Shown here piece after piece: positions 52,808 to 64,000 of a stretch of 64,000 nucleotides of DNA. The stretch comes from Octopus sinensis. Lineage: Eukaryota. Under the pieces are notes generated by a model. That model was not told the DNA's origin and ran no database searches. It worked only from the letters and a program-made list of their open reading frames with translations. The stretch is from assembly GCF_006345805.1 (NCBI RefSeq), contig NC_043010.1:1178001-1242000 (forward strand). The letters are read 5' to 3'. Made by a program: the position numbers and the translations under genes. Each line of letters opens with the position of its first letter. Positions within the stretch are counted from its first letter, which is position 1.

Positions 52808-53040
52808 GGCAGCAAGCTGGCAGAATCGTTAGCACATCAGGCGAAATGCCGAGTGGTATTTCGTCTGCCGTTACGCTCTGAGTACAATTTCCGCCGAGGT
52901 CAACTTTGCCTTTCATCCTTTCGGGGTCGATAAATTAAGTACCAGTTACGCACTGGGATCAATATAATCGACTTAATCCATTTGTCTGTTCTTGTTTGTC
53001 CCCTCTGTGTTTAGCCCCTTGTGGGTAGTAAAGAAATAGG
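52808..53040 (+). mobile_element. tRNA-derived SINE family B, full-length, nested in an opposite-strand family B copy
   Basis: Head GGCAGCAAGCTGGCAGAATCGTTAGC...TCTGAGTACAATTTCC. 13-bp direct repeat ggtacttatttaa at 52792-52804 and 53039-53051. Host pieces at 52695-52802 and 53041-53174. Confidence 0.85.
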
Positions 53041-53334
53041 TACTTATTTAATTGACTCTGAAAGGATGAAAGGCAAAGTCGATCTTGGTGGAATTTGAAC
53101 TCAGAACATAACAGCAGCCGAAATACCGCAAAGCATTCCGACTGGTGTGCTAACGATTCTGCCAGCTTGATGCCTTTGGATGATGGATTTAGCAATGCAC
53201 TGAAATGGCACATTCTCCCACATCTGACCCGATATATATATATATGTATGTAAGTATGTATACACACTCTTTATCTTTTATTTATTTATATCATTCAATG
53301 TAATGCAGCCATGCTGAAGCAGTACCTTGTAGAG

Positions 53335-53645
53335 GTTAGTCAAGTAAATTGACTCCTGTACAGATATAATTTTCAGTCTGGTACATATTTTATTCATCTC
53401 TTTTTGCCAAACTGTTAAGTCATGCATCCAATGGCAATTGTCAAGTGGTTGTGGGTGACAAACACTAAGACAACCATCCTCCCATATATATATATATATT
53501 ATATATATAATATAGATATATATACATACACATATACATATATGCGTATATATATATATGTATATATATATATACATATATATATATATGTATATGTGTA
53601 TGTATGTATATCTATGTATCTATATCTATATCTATCTATCTGCCA

Positions 53646-53693
<48 letters not shown>

Positions 53694-53770
53694 ATCTATG
53701 TATATATATATATATGTGTGTGTGTATGTATGTATATGTGTATTTATAATAATCTATGTATCTATATCTA

Positions 53771-53853
<83 letters not shown>

Positions 53854-53992
53854 TGATGTATGTATATATACAACAGGCTCTTTTCAGGTTCTGTCAACTA
53901 AATCCTCACACAAGTCTTTGGTTGGCCTGTGGCCATTATAGGAAAAACGAAAATCTTGCCCAAGGTGACACTTCCAACCACACAGCCATTCC
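53335..53992 (-). mobile_element. SINE family A copy with expanded internal microsatellite
   Basis: Tail about 53335-53470, head about 53870-53990, about 400 bp of TA/TCTA/TG repeats between. Confidence 0.7.
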
Positions 53993-54439
53993 TGAACATG
54001 TCAATCTCTCTCTCCTCTCTCTATATATATGTATATATATATACATATATATATATATATACATATATGCAAATATCTTTGTATGTGTGTGTGTATGTTT
54101 GTGTGTGTGCGTGTGTGTGTGTGTGGCTGTCTGTCTGCATGTGGGCATGAGATTCTCCTTATCCTGTTCTATTCTGTTTTATTCTATTCATTTTGTCATG
54201 AGTGAAACCTGAGAAAATAGCATCATCAGCTTCACTACCATTGCCACCACCACCACCACTACCATTGTTGAATTCATCATCATCATTATTATCATTAATG
54301 CCACCACCAACATTACCACTGCCACTACCACCACTGACACTGACACCGACACCACAACCATCACTACCACTACCGCCATTAACAAGGACACACAATCAAA
54401 TAAGAATATAATAATAATAATAATTATAATAATAATAAT

Positions 54440-54655
54440 AACAATCCTCTCTACTACAGACACAAGACCTGAAATTTGTGGGGAGGGACTGGTCAATTGC
54501 ATCGACCCCAGTGTTTCACTGGTACTCAATTTATTGACCCCAAAATGATGAAAGGTAAAGTTGCCATTGGTGGAATTTGAACTCAGAACACGGTGACAGA
54601 CAAAATACCGCTAAGCATTTCGTCTGGCGTGCTAATGATTCTGCCAGATCACCAC
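54440..54655 (-). mobile_element. SINE family B copy (further partial copies at about 28432-28600, 48960-49110, 59521-59620)
   Basis: gaccccaaaatgatgaaaggtaaagt...ggaatttgaactcagaac...ctaatgattctgccag. Confidence 0.8.
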
Positions 54656-54659
54656 CTTA

Positions 54660-55040
54660 ATGATGATGATGATGATGATAATAATAATAATAATGAGAAG
54701 AAGAAGAAGAAGAAGAAGAAGAAGAAGAAGAAGAAGAAGAAGAGGAAAGAAGAAAAAGAAGAAGAAGAAGAAGAAGAAAAAGAAGCAGAAGAAGAAGAAA
54801 AAGGTGATGGCAATGACAATGATTAAGATGAGGGCGATGGCGATGGTGATGAACATGATGATGATCCTGATGATGATGATGATCCTGATGATGATGATGA
54901 CGTTGATGATGATGATGATGAGAGTGATGAAGATGATGACAAAGACGATGACGACAACAATGATGGTAAGGATGATGATGACGACAACGGCGCCAATGAT
55001 GATGATGATGATGATGCTGACAATGATGATGACGACGATA
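54660..55040. repeat. Compound (GAT)n/(AAT)n/(GAA)n/(GAT)n microsatellite
   Basis: Directly visible. Confidence 0.95.
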
Positions 55041-55592
55041 TTGTGCAACAAAGAAGACAAGTATAAGCTCGGAGCTAGATGGCATCTAAATAAAGTCTTT
55101 GTTGGAATTGCAGCGAAGCGTGTCTTATCAGGTGATGACTGTGGAAAGAAGACTTCACTTATAGAGCTGTGTGTGTGTGTGTGTGTGTGTGTGTGTCTCT
55201 CCTGACATGTAGTGTCTCCCACAGTTACTGGCATTTAAACATACATATATGTACATGCATACATACACACACACACACACACACATGCACACATATATAT
55301 GAATATATATGTGTGTGCATGTGTGAACGTGTGTGTGTCTGTATGTTTATGTCCATATATATATATATGTGTACAAATATACTAATGCAAGCATGCATGT
55401 GTGCAGTTATATATGTATGCTGTGACGGCTGTATATATATATATTTGTGTGTGTATATATATATATTGTCTTTATTTGGTGACTGGAATATAACATGCTC
55501 TACATTTTCAAATGTTGAGTACTTCATTCTGTTGTACATATAAGCGTTATTTTTATGAACAAACACACAAGAATATGTGAGCCTGGAAACGT

Positions 55593-55629
<37 letters not shown>

Positions 55630-55730
55630 TACAGCCACACATGCACACAAACAAACATTCAAACTCGCATATACAAACATAAATACATACATATATATAT
55701 ATATATATGTATATGTATATATATATATAT

Positions 55731-55766
<36 letters not shown>

Positions 55767-56261
55767 AAGACATATATGTATATATATACATATATATGCA
55801 CACACACATATTTGCATATATATGCATTATATATATATATATATATTACACAGATAATATACATATGTATTATACATACATGCGTACATACATGAAAACA
55901 TACATACATACATGCATGTATATATGTATATGTATATAAATGTATGCACACACGCACACACACACATATACAAATACAAACATACATGCACACACACATG
56001 TGCATGTGTATATATACAAGCACATCTACACGCACAGAGGCCGCTGGTAAATTTAATTATACATAAAGTAGATAGAAGCACCGGCAGAGTATTGATGGAC
56101 AATCTGCTGGAAAGGAAAAGGTATTGTTGGAATATACTGTGGCAGAGTGAAAATGTCATGCTTCCATACAATGGTAGATTGGAGGTAGTTGTGTAAGGAG
56201 GGGGGGAGCGATTGTGGTGGTGGTGGTGAAGATGGTAGCAATGCTTGTGGTGGTGGTGGTG

Positions 56262-56530
56262 GTGGTGGTGGTAGTGCTGATGTTGGTTGTCGTAGTGATG
56301 GGGAAGATGGTAAGTGGTGGTTGTGGTGCTGCTGTGGTGCTGGTGGTGGTGGTGGTGGTGGTGGTGGTAGTGCTGATGTTGGTTGTCGTAGTGATGGGGA
56401 AGATGGTAAGTGGTGGTTGTGGTGCTGCTGTGGTGCTGGTGGTGGTGGTGGTAGTGGTGGTGGTAGTGCTGATGTTGGTTGTCGTAGTGATGGGGAAGAT
56501 GGTAAGTGGTGGTTGTGGTGCTGCTGTGGT
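56262..56530. repeat. 96-bp minisatellite, about 3 copies, derived from (GGT)n
   Basis: gtagtgctgatgttggttgtcgtagtgatggggaagatggtaag at 56271, 56367 and 56463. Confidence 0.9.
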
Positions 56531-56959
56531 GGTGGTGGCTGGGGTGTTGGTGATGATGATGGTGGGGGTGGCGGTGGTACAGTTGGCAGTGGGCAGTGAT
56601 GGTAGTTGTAGTGGTTAAGGTAGAAGTGGTGATGGTGGTGATGATAGTTGTGGTGACAGTGAGAGTGATGGTAGTAGTAGTGGTTGTGGTGGTTGTGATG
56701 TAGTTGTGGCAGTGGTGGTGGTGGTGGTGGTGGTGTTAAGGGCGCTAGTGATAGTCGTAGTGGTATGGTAGCAAAGGTGACAACACTTGAGTGGGAGTGG
56801 GGGGGGGCAGGTGCTGCTTTCTGAATGAATGTTTGAATGGTAAGTTGAATAGATGGCTTCATAGGTGAATGGGTGGATGGATGAATAGAAAGATGGACAG
56901 GTAGGCAGTTGGATAAAATATTGGATAGGTAATCATATATATGTGTGAGGTGGGGTATC

Positions 56960-58225
56960 ATCCTCATCATCGTCGTTTAACGTCCGCTTTCCATGCTGGC
57001 ATAGGTTGGTCGGTTTGACTGAAGGCTGGCAAGCCAGAAGGCTGCACCAGCCTCCAATCTGATCCGGCAAAGTTTCTAAGGCCCTTCGATTCTAATCCTT
57101 GCTTCTGCACCTGAAACTTCTCCTATTTCTGATAGTGGCTCAGCTATTAGAGCAAGGTCAACAGCACGGAGAAGCTACCAAAGGCATCCTGTCTTGAATT
57201 CCTCTGTTATTGCCTGGAGGACTATGATGAATAAGAGGGGGCTGAGGACTGATCCTTGGTGGACCCCTAACCGTACTTGGAATTCTTCCCTTTACTCATT
57301 GCCAACCCTCACCTTACTGACAGCATCCCTGTACATGGCTTGTACAGCTCTCACCAACCACTCATCTATCCCTAGTTTCTGCATTGACCACCAGATAAGG
57401 GACTGGGCAACCCTGTCAAAAGCTTTCTCCATGTCAATGAAAGAAGCCAAGTATTTGGCCAGGTATTTCTCCTGCAGCTGTCTTACCAGAAATATAGCAC
57501 AAACCCAAACTGCATCTCATCTAAAGTGACTCTCTCCCTAATCAGTTAGGCTATGACCCTCTACGTGACTTTCATTACCTGATCCAGCAAATTGATACCT
57601 CTGTAAATATTCCTATCTAATGCATCAACTTTAACTTTGTAGCAGTTGACTATGGTGCTGCTACACCAGTCATTGGGTATGACTCCTTCATGTATCACCT
57701 GATTGATTATATAGGTGACTAGACTATAGCCAACACTGCCAGATATTTTAAGCATCTCTGCAGTGATTCTTGATGGACTGGGGGCTTTCCCTGTCTTCAT
57801 ACCCTTAATTGCTTTATCTACCAAGGTACTGTCAATTTGGACAGCTGGTCCCTCTGTTTGCTCAACATTCAGCAGTCTCACTTTCTCCCATTCATTCTCT
57901 TCATTTAGCAACCTTTCATAGTGGCATCTCGAAGTCTCTCTCTTTGCAGCCTCATTAAATACAAATGAACCATCATCCATGCAAACATGATGTCTCTCCT
58001 ATGGCATCATGATTCTCTTTCACACACTGTCTTGCAACATGAAACACTTCAAGTCTTTGGTCCTCACAACGTAGAACATTGGCAAATTTTTTCTTATCTT
58101 CTTCCCCTCTGGCTAAATAAACCTTTCTCCTAGCTTCCTTTCTGGCAATCTGATAAAATTTCCTGCTACCACCATTCTTTCAGTCATGTCAACTATGTTT
58201 TTCTACACCACATTATCTTGGGTTG
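56960..58225 (-). mobile_element. RTE-clade LINE remnant related to the 18-kb copy, with a large internal deletion
   Basis: Minus ORF 57561-57980 (EGPAVQIDSTLVDKAIKGMKTGKAPSPSRI...NDWCSSTIVNCYK), upstream KEARRKVYLARGEEDKKKFANVLRCEDQRLEVF, then DMEKAFDRV, GVHQGS and a YADD-like region joined directly to the 3'UTR end at about 57078. Confidence 0.92.
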
Positions 58226-58228
58226 AGA

Positions 58229-58260
<32 letters not shown>

Positions 58261-58589
58261 ATGTCATAAATGATAGAAATAATTTGACAAAATTTTATTT
58301 AACAATAAGAAAATTATAATATCACAACAAATTGTTTCATAATTTAAAAGCATGTAAATAATTCAATTACTTGTCTGCATTAATGCAAAATGCAAAAAAA
58401 TCCTTCATATATGTTTATTTACACAGGCACGCAGACACACACACACACCACACACACACACACACATAAATGTTTGTCGAACAGTCAGCTAAAGGCTAAT
58501 TATGATGAAACTTCAAAGTCACTGTCAACACTGGTCTTGTAAAAGAATAATATATATGTACAGACAGATAGATAGATAGATAGATAGAT

Positions 58590-58640
<51 letters not shown>

Positions 58641-58734
58641 CAGATAGATAGATAGATAAGTTGATTGACAGACAGATAAATAGAGAGATTGATAGAAATA
58701 TAAGTAAATACATTGATAAGTAGATCAATTGATC

Positions 58735-58799
<65 letters not shown>

Positions 58800-59212
58800 G
58801 CTGATAGCTAAACTGGTTGATAGATGTGATAGATGAGTGGAGAGATAGATGGATAGATAGGATATAGATGCGTGTCATAGATGTATGAGAGGATAGATGG
58901 TTGGTTGGATTGATGGAGGGGAAGTTTCAGGTTTGGTGTCTATATGCTGTTGAAAATAACACATGCATTGATCGAAGCCAGGAATCCAAGCCAAAACAAG
59001 CCCCACCCCCACTGACAACCTCTAAAAAAAAAATAACAAAATGTATATAGAAAAAAAATTAAAAAATACAAATAAATAAATAAAACAATCAAAGCTAAGC
59101 TAAGTTAAGCCAAGCCAAGCCAAGGGAAGATAATTATATAACGAGAAATAGCCAGGATAATTGCAGTTAGCAGGATCCATATATAACTTAATTGCAAATG
59201 ACGGAGACATAC

Positions 59213-59276
59213 TCTTGGGAGGAGAAAACACAACTAGAGTGGCGAGAGCATGCTTAAAATTGATTGTGTCAAAAAT
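59213..59276 (-). CDS. Candidate coding exon (phase 0 to phase 1)
   Basis: Acceptor gcatgtcatcttag, donor AAGA|gtatgt. Only one open frame: IFDTINFKHALATLVVFSPPK. Confidence 0.4.
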
Positions 59277-59640
59277 CTAAGATGACATGCAATGGTAGTC
59301 AAATTGTAGAGAAATCTATTTTAGTTGGAGTAAATAATTCCATTCCTAGCTGCCAACACACTGCCACACTTCTATGCTACCACATTATCATACCACTAAT
59401 AATCTGAGAGAAAAGAATCTATCTATCTATCTATCTATCTGTTTGCCAGCCTGTTTGCCTGTATGCCTCACTGTCTGTCTGTCTGTTTCTCTCTCTCCCT
59501 ATATATATATATATATATATATTTCTTTATTGCCCACAGGAGGCTAAACTTAGAGGGGACAAACAAAGGGTTTAAGTCGATTACACCAACCCCAGTGCAT
59601 AACTGGTACTTATTTAATTGAGCCCTGTATATCTGTATAC

Positions 59641-59671
<31 letters not shown>

Positions 59672-61606
59672 ACAGTCCTCACTCCCTAAATAGGTGTTCC
59701 ATGTGTATATATAATCTATATATGTATATATACACTTGTATATACATAGTTATGGGCATCAGCATTATCAAACGATTACAGTAAGGTCCCAGTTTAGTTG
59801 TTCCAACATATTGAGTAAATGCTGGGGGTAACTCAAGTTTTGTGAGTGAAATTGGTTTACAGAAAGTATGGAAACCCATCAAGTGAACAGAACCAAATAC
59901 TCAAATGCTTTGTCATGTACTATGTTATGCTGATTCCGCCTTAGAATTACAAATGACTGAAACAAGTAAAAGAGAAAAAAATATACGCATATATATATAG
60001 TTCATCTTTTATCTTTTGTTTGTTTGAGTCATTAGACTGTGGCCATGCTGGGGTACCACATTGAAGAGTTTTAGATGAATGAATCAACACCAGAACTTTT
60101 GTTTTAAAAGCCTGGTGACCATCCGATCTGTTTCTTTCGCAAAACTGTTAAGTTGCAAGGACGTAAACAAACACACACCAACAATGCTTGTCAATTGGTA
60201 GTGGGGACAAACACACACACACATACACAGATGGACACATAGACACACACAGACAGATACAGATATAGACACTCACAGACACAGAGACAGACACAGACAC
60301 ACAGACACACACACATACACACACAAACATAACAAGAACAAGTGATTAAAAAATCCAAGCAGAAATCACTGAGTTTTAAATGAATTTGGTTAACTATATT
60401 CAACAATGAGACACCAATAAATGCAAGTAGAACAGACATCCAGGGTAATTCCACTTGCATGACAAGTAGATCCAAATATGTACGATGTCACTATTTGTTG
60501 CTGAGCAACAACCACAGAATTTTGTTGACAATTATGGGCAACAAATTGCCCCTTGTATTGCACTTTCAAATTCCCCTGGAATAAAAGTATAAGTGAAATC
60601 TCTCATTGGAAAAACTAGGAGGGTTAGTGACAGGAACGGCAACTCTACATAAAAATTCTGCCTCAGCTCTGGTCTTAGTCGTCCTAGTATGGTAAAACAT
60701 ACTAATCTTCTACAGAAAGACCTAAATGCCATAAATAAATGGGCAGAAAAAAACAACCTATAGTTTAATGCAGGAAAATTCCAAAGCCTCCAATGTCAGC
60801 TTGTGTTAAGATTCTGCAACAAAGATACTTCAGGCCAAAAGGAATAGCAATTCCAGAGGCAAGTACAGTGCATGATATGGGTAGATGGATACGAGCAACA
60901 AAACCTCATTTCACATGCATGTCACCAAGATGGTGGCAATGAGCAGGTGAATGACTGGATGGATTCTGAGAACTTTCAGGACCAGGGAGCAAGAAACTAT
61001 GGTTCTATGGAGGACATTCGTCCTCAGCTATCGGAACTACTGTAGTCATCCCAGAGTATCAAATTAATAGCTGAGCTTAAAGCAGTTCAGTAGTGTTACA
61101 TAGGATGATTGTGCATCAATGGAGCAGCTGAGCTCCTTGGAGAGACTGAAAGAAACATGACTCTCCTCTCTGAAGTGAAGACGGGAGAGATACACAGCAG
61201 TGATATATGTATGGGAGATCTTGGAGGGGTCGACACCAAACTTTGGCATTGAGAGCTATAGCAGTCCCCAAACTGGATGTCATTGCACCATTCCAAAGAT
61301 CCCAGTACTGGAAAGGCTCGGGATTCAAGGGCCCATGGCTATTTGGAGTAAGGACATGTTTTAGAGAAACAACTCAACCCCTTGCTGTCCAGAGTCCCAG
61401 ATGAATCTACATCATGGCAAGAAAATAAAAAGAGGGCAGCAATTTCAGACTCCCTCCTTTGCCAATCACAAAAGGAATGGCTATTGAAAAGATGATATCA
61501 CTAGTGGTACCCAAGCATGGCCTTGGCACACCCCCAGTATGGCCCCAGCCATCGGGCTGGAACCTATATAAGAATAAAAGGGTAAAAGAATGTAATTATA
61601 TATATA

Positions 61607-61638
<32 letters not shown>

Positions 61639-61733
61639 CGTAGGTATCTATGTTTGGATGTATGTATGTATACACACATATATATATTGATATATAAGAG
61701 TGTGCGTGTATATATATATATGTATATACATCT

Positions 61734-61764
<31 letters not shown>

Positions 61765-61812
61765 CACACGCATATACATAGATATATGTATATATCTATA
61801 CATATGGATATG

Positions 61813-61856
<44 letters not shown>

Positions 61857-63406
61857 GTGCATAAATATATATATATACACATAAATGCATATACTCATAT
61901 ATATAGTCGAATGTACAAAACCTATGGCTACATAGCATCTCATTTCACACAGACCACATGCCCTAACCTCCATCTCAACTCCAAAATTCTTACTTAAGTA
62001 CATCTAACCCATAATTACCATAATCAGTAAATTTACGTTTTGTACAACCTGTGAGTCTACCTGCGGCTTTAAGCACATAATACACATACACACACAAACG
62101 CATACATTTTTACATATCACCTGCATATAATAGACTCATTTATAAAGAGGATACAAAAATAGAATTCATACACATAACTCTGAAAGGAATACAACCCTTA
62201 CCTTACTCACATAATAAACACATATATGTATATATACATGTATATGTGTGTGTATATATATATATGTATGTATATATATTATATATATATCTATATATAT
62301 ATATATATACATACATATATATATATATGTATATATATACATATATACACACATATATATTATATATACATGTATATATATATATATATATATACACTTG
62401 TATATATATAAATATATATATACATACATACACATGTATATACATATATACATATATCAATATATATACATACATGTATATAACAATATACCTGTCAATA
62501 CAAATATCTATAAATGTATATATATATGTATGAATGCATGTATGTATGTATTATGTATGTATGTATGTGAGTGTGTGTATGTATATATGTATATACATAT
62601 CTATCTGTCTGTCTGTATGTCTGTCTGACAATCTATTATTTATCTATCTAACTATCCTTATATACAGTTATATATATCTATATATGCAAGCGTGTATGTA
62701 TATGCACATGCACACACATGCACACACATGCATACACACACACACGCACACGTATACAAACACACTTACACACCCATCAATACATCAATATACTGAATAC
62801 ACACACTTGTATAAAAGCCTTTTTCGTGTATGCGTCTGCATTTCATCCATCCATGCATGTATAAACACAACCATACAAATACACACACAGGCACATACAT
62901 ACATGTATACACACGTCCACAAGCATATACATATGTAGAATTAACTTCAATACATGTGCACACTGATCAATCACTGTTCGTGCATAATTCATGTGGTTTC
63001 GTATTGGTCATCAAATTATAATCAAACCACAAGCCAGCACGATATCACAGAGATTATATTTGTGAATATTAATATACACACATATACATACACGCTAGTA
63101 TAAATATATATGTACTCATTTATTTATCTATCTATGTATCTATTACCTATCCATATCTCACTCTTTTTGTCTGTCTGTCTGCCTTTGCCCTCTCCCTCTG
63201 TCTCTCTCTCTCTATATATATAATATATATATACATGCATGTGCATATACATACACACATACACACACATATACAATTCATATATGTATATTTATAAATG
63301 TGCATATATATGTGTGTGTGTGTTTGTGTGTGTGTGGATATATATACATATATATTTATGCATATATATTTATGCATATTATATATATCTATATAATATA
63401 TATATT

Positions 63407-63438
<32 letters not shown>

Positions 63439-63454
63439 CTAATATATATATATA

Positions 63455-63664
63455 CAGTATTCCTAGATTACTGGGATATGTGTTACATTCCCAAACCCCC
63501 TGCGACAGGTGAATATCCGTGAATACTGTATATTCTTTTTTTTTATTATTTTTATAATCTGTATTTATATATTTTATTACAAATGCACAATGCCACAGCA
63601 GAATCAACGTATGCTTAAATAATAAACCGCAATAGGTGAACTGCGCTATGGCAAGGGTTTACTC
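63455..63664. mobile_element. Probable pogo/Tigger-type MITE
   Basis: TA-flanked ends cagtattcct and gggtttactc. Internal repeated motif cccctgcgacaggtgaatatccgtgaa and aaccgcaataggtgaactgcg. Confidence 0.5.
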
Positions 63665-63692
63665 TATATATCTATATCTATATCTATATCTA

Positions 63693-63738
<46 letters not shown>

Positions 63739-64000
63739 TATTGCATACACACACATATACACGTATATATATATATATACATACCTGTTTATATATGATC
63801 ACACACACACACACACAGGGGTATAAGCCTATAGCATAATGTATGTTTAAATTGTATGACATTAAACCGGTATTTAGACTCCATTTGCATCCATATTTAT
63901 CAAAAGAGGAAACTGCAGTGAGAATTCATTTAAGACTGTTCAAGTTTCCTTTCATTAATCTCTGTAATTATAAAGATTATAAGCTAGATGTTTGTTGGCA

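Noticed and set aside
56262-56530. CRISPR-like or other spacer array
   Set aside because: The units are contiguous near-identical repeats with no unique spacers, in eukaryotic DNA.

Overview
Eukaryotic, AT-rich and very microsatellite-rich window, most likely intronic/intergenic DNA of an octopod cephalopod (Octopus-type tRNA-SINEs, RTE LINEs with (GAT)n tails, long (TA)n/(CA)n/(TAGA)n/(AAT)n arrays). The species is inferred from repeat content only. Almost all long ORFs in the track are translations of microsatellites. Real content: (i) several tRNA-derived SINE families in many copies; (ii) RTE-clade LINE remnants (a 5'-truncated copy at 18.0-20.4 kb, an internally deleted copy at 57-58.2 kb, other relics); (iii) R4/Dong-like restriction-endonuclease-type LINE relics, one sitting inside an (AAT)n array; (iv) a truncated mariner transposon and two MITE-like elements; (v) a few unassigned candidate exons of an unidentified host gene or genes. 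The most striking hidden signal is about ten type I hammerhead-ribozyme (HHR) motifs from at least five unrelated repeat families. They have palindromic stem III and often lie in inverted (fold-back) arrangements, which is the signature of Penelope-like element (PLE) pseudo-LTRs and retrozymes. One family (two copies, 40.5-40.9 kb and 43.8-44.2 kb) joins a tRNA-type B-box head, an (AAT)n spacer and an intact HHR, suggesting a SINE-like, PLE-mobilised, self-cleaving retroelement. All RNA folds and homologies were read by eye and none was computed or searched.
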